A stretch of 64,000 nucleotides of DNA, taken from Camelus dromedarius (taxonomy: Eukaryota). The notes beneath the pieces were generated by a model that made no database searches, was not told where the DNA came from, and was given only the letters and a program-made list of their open reading frames with translations. The translations under genes and the position numbers were made by a program. Below, one piece after another: positions 59,975 to 64,000 of this stretch. The first letter of the stretch is position 1, and every line of letters starts with the position of its first letter. The stretch is from the NCBI RefSeq assembly GCF_036321535.1, contig NC_087437.1, positions 58,840,001-58,904,000 on the forward strand, written 5' to 3'.

Positions 59975-60150
59975 TAAAAATGCTTTCCAATACTGTACTT
60001 TATCTCGTTCAATCCAAGATATCCCTCTCATTTTACAGGTGAGTAGTAAACTGAAGAGTGTATGACCAGGATCCCACGGCTTTACCAGTGGCTGAGTTGG
60101 GGCTCAGCCCGAAGTCTTCTGACTTTGAGTCCTGTTCTTTTACATCTCTC
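59975..60150 (-). mobile_element. MIR SINE
   Basis: CTCATTTTACAGGTGAG...AAACTGAAG...GTGGCTGAGTTGGGGCTCAGCCC...TCTTCTGACT. Confidence 0.7.
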
Positions 60151-60559
60151 TTCCTCTACCGACAAAGACCAGGGTGCTTTTTAACACATTTATAGCATAC
60201 AATATATGCTGTCACAGCATGAAAGACCTTCAAGAATGTCTTTTACAGACTCCTGTGTAAAAAGATGTTAGAATTAAGTGTTTAATTTCTTCTACACCAG
60301 ATCCCCTTTGAAATAAGCCAGAGAAGACTTAAAAAAAAAAAAGTCTTTGTGGGGAAAAAGATTTGTGGGGAGGCAGGACAAGTACGGAAAGGCTTTGGTG
60401 GAAAGCCTGGGGCCATCCTGTTCAACTTGGTGTGGATGGGACCAGAGGAAGGAAGACACTGAAGGCCAGGTCACAACTCTGCCTCCCAAGAAACAGGAGT
60501 GGCTCCAGGAAGTAAGTGGTAGAGAGACTGAGATCCCCACCAAACCTGCTTGTCTTCCC

Positions 60560-62190
60560 CACTTGAGCTGTGAAGTTTTGAGGACCAGAGGCAACAATGA
60601 AAAGGGTGCTGGCTCAGAGGAGGCAGAAATTTACAAGAGAGTTAAGGAAACTTAAAAAGCAGTAGCTAATTTAAATTTTCATTAAAAGCAAGAAAGAGTA
60701 GAATGGGCACTGCAGAAAGTCAAAATCAGTGGTACAGGAGAGAAACTCGAAAATGCCATGCAATAAGGAGGGAAAAAGACAAAGTGATTGAAATAATAAG
60801 AGAAAAACTATTGGATTTAAAGAACAGATAATACAGCAAACATAGATAAGAACTGTTCCTGGGAAAAACAGAAGAGAACAGAATAAATCCCACAAACAAA
60901 ATAACCAAAAATATAAAAGAAGAAAACTTTCCTGAGTTGATTTAACCATAAGGATCAGAGTTAGCTGCCAATTACAGAAATGAAGTTTCTAGAAACACTA
61001 AACTTCAAGGTCATCTGGGAAGTATGGTTTTTATTCCAAGTAGTTACGTGCCCATATGAAAATCAAGAATTAGGTTACTAAGAAGGTAAATGTGCATTTG
61101 GGAGAACACTACCACCCTCTGCCATAACTGAATAAAACTGTATTTGCAGATCAAAAGATCTGAGTACCTGGCAAATTACCTCAAAGATTTCAACTACCGG
61201 ATACATTCAAGTTCAAGAACAATAGAAGAGTTTTTAAATTATCCAGGCAGATAGCCTCAGACAGCCCTATAATATTAAACATCAGATGACAGTAGAGAAA
61301 TATCTACAGTTTTGAGTGCAAAAGGTTGCCAGTCAAGAATTCTACACTCATCCAAGTTGTCACTCATATCTGAAGGAACTATAAGAAAGTTTTCAGCTAC
61401 TCAGAGGCTCTTGAAGTATATCACTCACATCCTTCTTGAAAAAAGTCCTTAAGTTACATACCAGCCAATTGAGAGATGAATCAAAGTAAAGAATGGAGAC
61501 GTTCTGATGAAATGGAACTCACGGTGATTACTAAAATCATTTAAATATATCATCTAAATAACTTTAAAGCATGATTATAAAAGTTTTTAAAATACAAACA
61601 ATAATTATTAAAAGATAAAGTAATGTGAAAAAAATACTTGATATACATTTGCCAAAATTCAATAAATATACACTTAAGATTTCTGCATTTCATTGTTTGT
61701 AAATTTTACATCAAGGGGGAAAATTGTAAGCCAATATTAAAGCCTAGTTAATAATATTCATGATGAAATATTTAGAGCATAAGCAGCTTGACTTATGTCA
61801 AGTAAAAACTAGCACAGTAACTATGACAATAAATGTAAATGGCTTAAACTCCTTTATTTGAAAAACTAAACCTAGCAATATGCTATCCCAAAATATATAC
61901 TTAAAACGAAGAAAAGAATCAGATTAAAAAAGGTAAACTAGCAAATACATCACACACACAAATGCACAATTTATAAAGAAATCAGGATCACAATGTTTTT
62001 TATCCAAGTAGAATTTAAAGCAAAAAGCTTAAGTGAAATTTAGATTAATATTGACAAAGTGAACACAAAGAAAACAACTATCATGACCCATTATATGCCA
62101 CGTAATATAGAATAAAAATAAATAAAGCAAGAATTCTCAAAAATTTAGGAGGAAATTGATAGAAACATAATAATAATAGAAGACTTTAAG
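60560..62190 (+). mobile_element. Very old L1/HAL1-like region: ORF1-like remnants and ORF2 endonuclease start, with inserted fragments
   Basis: A-rich + strand; AAGAAGAAAACTTTCCTGAG and AAGAATTCTACACTCATCCAAGTTGTCA (ORF1-like); ACAATAAATGTAAATGGCTTAAACTCC (TINVNGLNS) and ATAATAATAATAGAAGACTTTAA (IIVGDFN-like); MLT1-like piece at ~60950-61125 and L1M 3'-end-like piece at ~61645-61790. Confidence 0.7.
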
Positions 62191-62244
62191 TTAACACCTT
62201 TGACAGCTTGTACATGTGTGTGTAACACACACACACCAATACAA

Positions 62245-62440
62245 TAGTCAAGAAGCACCCCGGGTGTGTTTCAGTCAGTGCAGGGTTAGTCAGGACAATA
62301 ACTCTGCTTGTTCTAGAGGCTGCATTTTTCTTAATGACAGTGTACTGTATGTGAGCTTCTTTGGCATCACACACCATGGATTTATATTTGGCTTATGCTG
62401 TCAAGAAACCCCATTTGCACATGTGCTGCTAACAAACCAT
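62245..62440 (-). mobile_element. CR1/L3 LINE ORF2 fragment
   Basis: Minus-strand translations HKPNINPWC and IKKNAASRTSRVIVLTNPALTETHPGC resemble the recalled CR1 motif KLNMSQQC...[28 protein letters not shown]. Confidence 0.6.
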
Positions 62441-63489
62441 ACTCCTCCGTATGGAAGATCTAACCAAGCCCATGAGCTATAAAATCTAGAGAGGTTTCAT
62501 TGTTGATTCTGGAGGAAGAAGAAGTGGTATGGGCTATAAGAACTGGAAAAGATTTCTTATAACTATTAATATCTAGATATTTCAAAGCAATGGGTCCTAG
62601 TACTAGAACAGATACTAGAATGAGGAGGTTTCAGATCTTTCAAGCCAGTTTTCATTCCCTAAGGCCAGATCATGCTTCCACAAACAGAAACGAGATGGGA
62701 AGAGCAGCGAGGTTAAAGGAAAGTTGATAGGTGTCCATGAGGACACTGTGAGTTTGCAGTAGTGACCAGAGAGCCCATTGGAGATGCTTTGCAGACAGTT
62801 GGAAATGCAGAACAGGATCTGGATTGGAGAACGACTGTCACAAATGTGAGTTAAAGCTTCACGTTTCTTTCAAGTTACTTCGGAAGTGGATATAGGATTA
62901 GTAAGCCTGCTAAAGCCAGGCAATGAGACACTAAAATCCACACAGAGAAGTCTGTGCATGGCGTGGTAGGCAATGTAGAGCCAGCCAAGGTTTTGGATCA
63001 GAGAGTCATTCTAATTACTAGGAGACTCCACATTCTAAACCCAATTTCACTTCCCTACGTGTCTCTCCACTGATGTTTTTTCTGCCCTATAGGGTTACCC
63101 AGAATGCATCTGCTCCCACTTCCGTATGACAATAGAAAGGAAAGAGAAATAGCATTTAGCTTTTGTTTAGTTCGCAGGACTAGCAAGAGAAGCCTTTGGA
63201 GGAGGCACAACACACTGAGAAAACCACATTAATCATCAAACCAGGAAACTGGAACACTCTCCAAAATCATTGCTATAAACTCAATATTTACACAAAATCT
63301 GGAGGTTGGAGTTCTTGTTACTACAGGGAAGGAAAATATGAAAAGCTGCCAGAAAGAGAAGCCCACTTGCTACCCAGTCTCCCCAAATTCATCCCCAAGT
63401 GCAAGATTCTCGCCTTACAGAGAAGGAAATGGTTGCCAAAAGACGTTTCTCGGCCAATAACATGTCCATGCACTTCACTGTTCCCAATG

Positions 63490-63605
63490 ACCAGGCCCAT
63501 TTTGAGTTGAGGAAACTGTAGCCCCAAGGGCACAGTGACCTGCCCAATGTCACATAGCAAGTTAGCAGCCAAGCTAATTGTCAAACCCAGTTTGCCCTGC
63601 GACTC
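63490..63605 (-). mobile_element. MIR SINE core
   Basis: CCCATTTTGAGTTGAGGAAACTGTAGCCCAAGGGCACAGTGACCTGCCCAATGTCACATAGCAAGTTAG. Confidence 0.85.
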
Positions 63606-64000
63606 AGCCACACAAACCACGCCTGACAGAGGGAAAATTATCTGTGTTGTGTTTAAAGAAACAAACTCATGCCAAGCTCATTGGGTCTGTTCTTTGGAAA
63701 GATGAAAGCCTGTGGTGATGGAGGAACTGCATATGCTCAACTTTTGGGTGAAGTCACAGGGACCCTTGCTACAATTTCTACAAAAGAAATAGTATCTGCG
63801 AGCTGGGGGCTTTCCAGGTTCTTACTACAGCATGGTTTGGCTGGAGCCCAGCCCAGACTTCCTGGGCCAGAATTTCAAGGTAGGATCCTGGAAACCAAAT
63901 TCCTAACAGGACTCCCCAGGGGATCTTAAACAAACCAAAGAACAAGCACCACTGGGGTTTACATTCTGCACCAAACAACCCTGAAAGAGTGAAACCAGAT

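Noticed and set aside
1..64000. Prokaryotic or phage-type system (operon, CRISPR array, defence island)
   Set aside because: The sequence is mammalian repeat-rich DNA with no gene-dense ORFs and no regularly spaced repeat-spacer array

Overview
This window is mammalian genomic DNA, not microbial. It carries the usual eutherian repeats: MIR, L2, CR1/L3, old L1M, MaLR MLT1, ERVL MLT2, hAT MER5 and Tigger. It also has younger 5'-truncated L1 tails with target-site duplications (TSDs) and five tRNA-Ala-derived SINEs of the type I associate with camelids. The camelid assignment is an inference from recalled SINE structure. I found no supportable host protein-coding gene, true RNA gene, CRISPR array or operon-like system. 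The only ORFs with recognisable protein similarity are retrotransposon ORF2 remnants (L1 C-terminus and a CR1/L3 piece). The window reads as intergenic or deep-intronic DNA in which several repeat-free, motif-dense, partly CpG-rich islands (about 11.2-12.6, 20.1-20.5, 29.5-30.0 and 54.3-55.0 kb) look like candidate enhancers. The most unusual things visible in the sequence are: a ~145 bp polyadenylated retro-fragment inside a MER5A, a 246-nt pure-pyrimidine compound microsatellite inside a Tigger1 derivative, an inverted duplication inside an MLT1 LTR, an unexplained diverged ~120 bp direct repeat 1.19 kb apart, and two distinct SINE subfamilies. Repeat family names come from recalled consensus sequences and boundaries of old elements are approximate, so RepeatMasker/Dfam is needed to confirm them. 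I do not see evidence for a novel multi-gene biological system.
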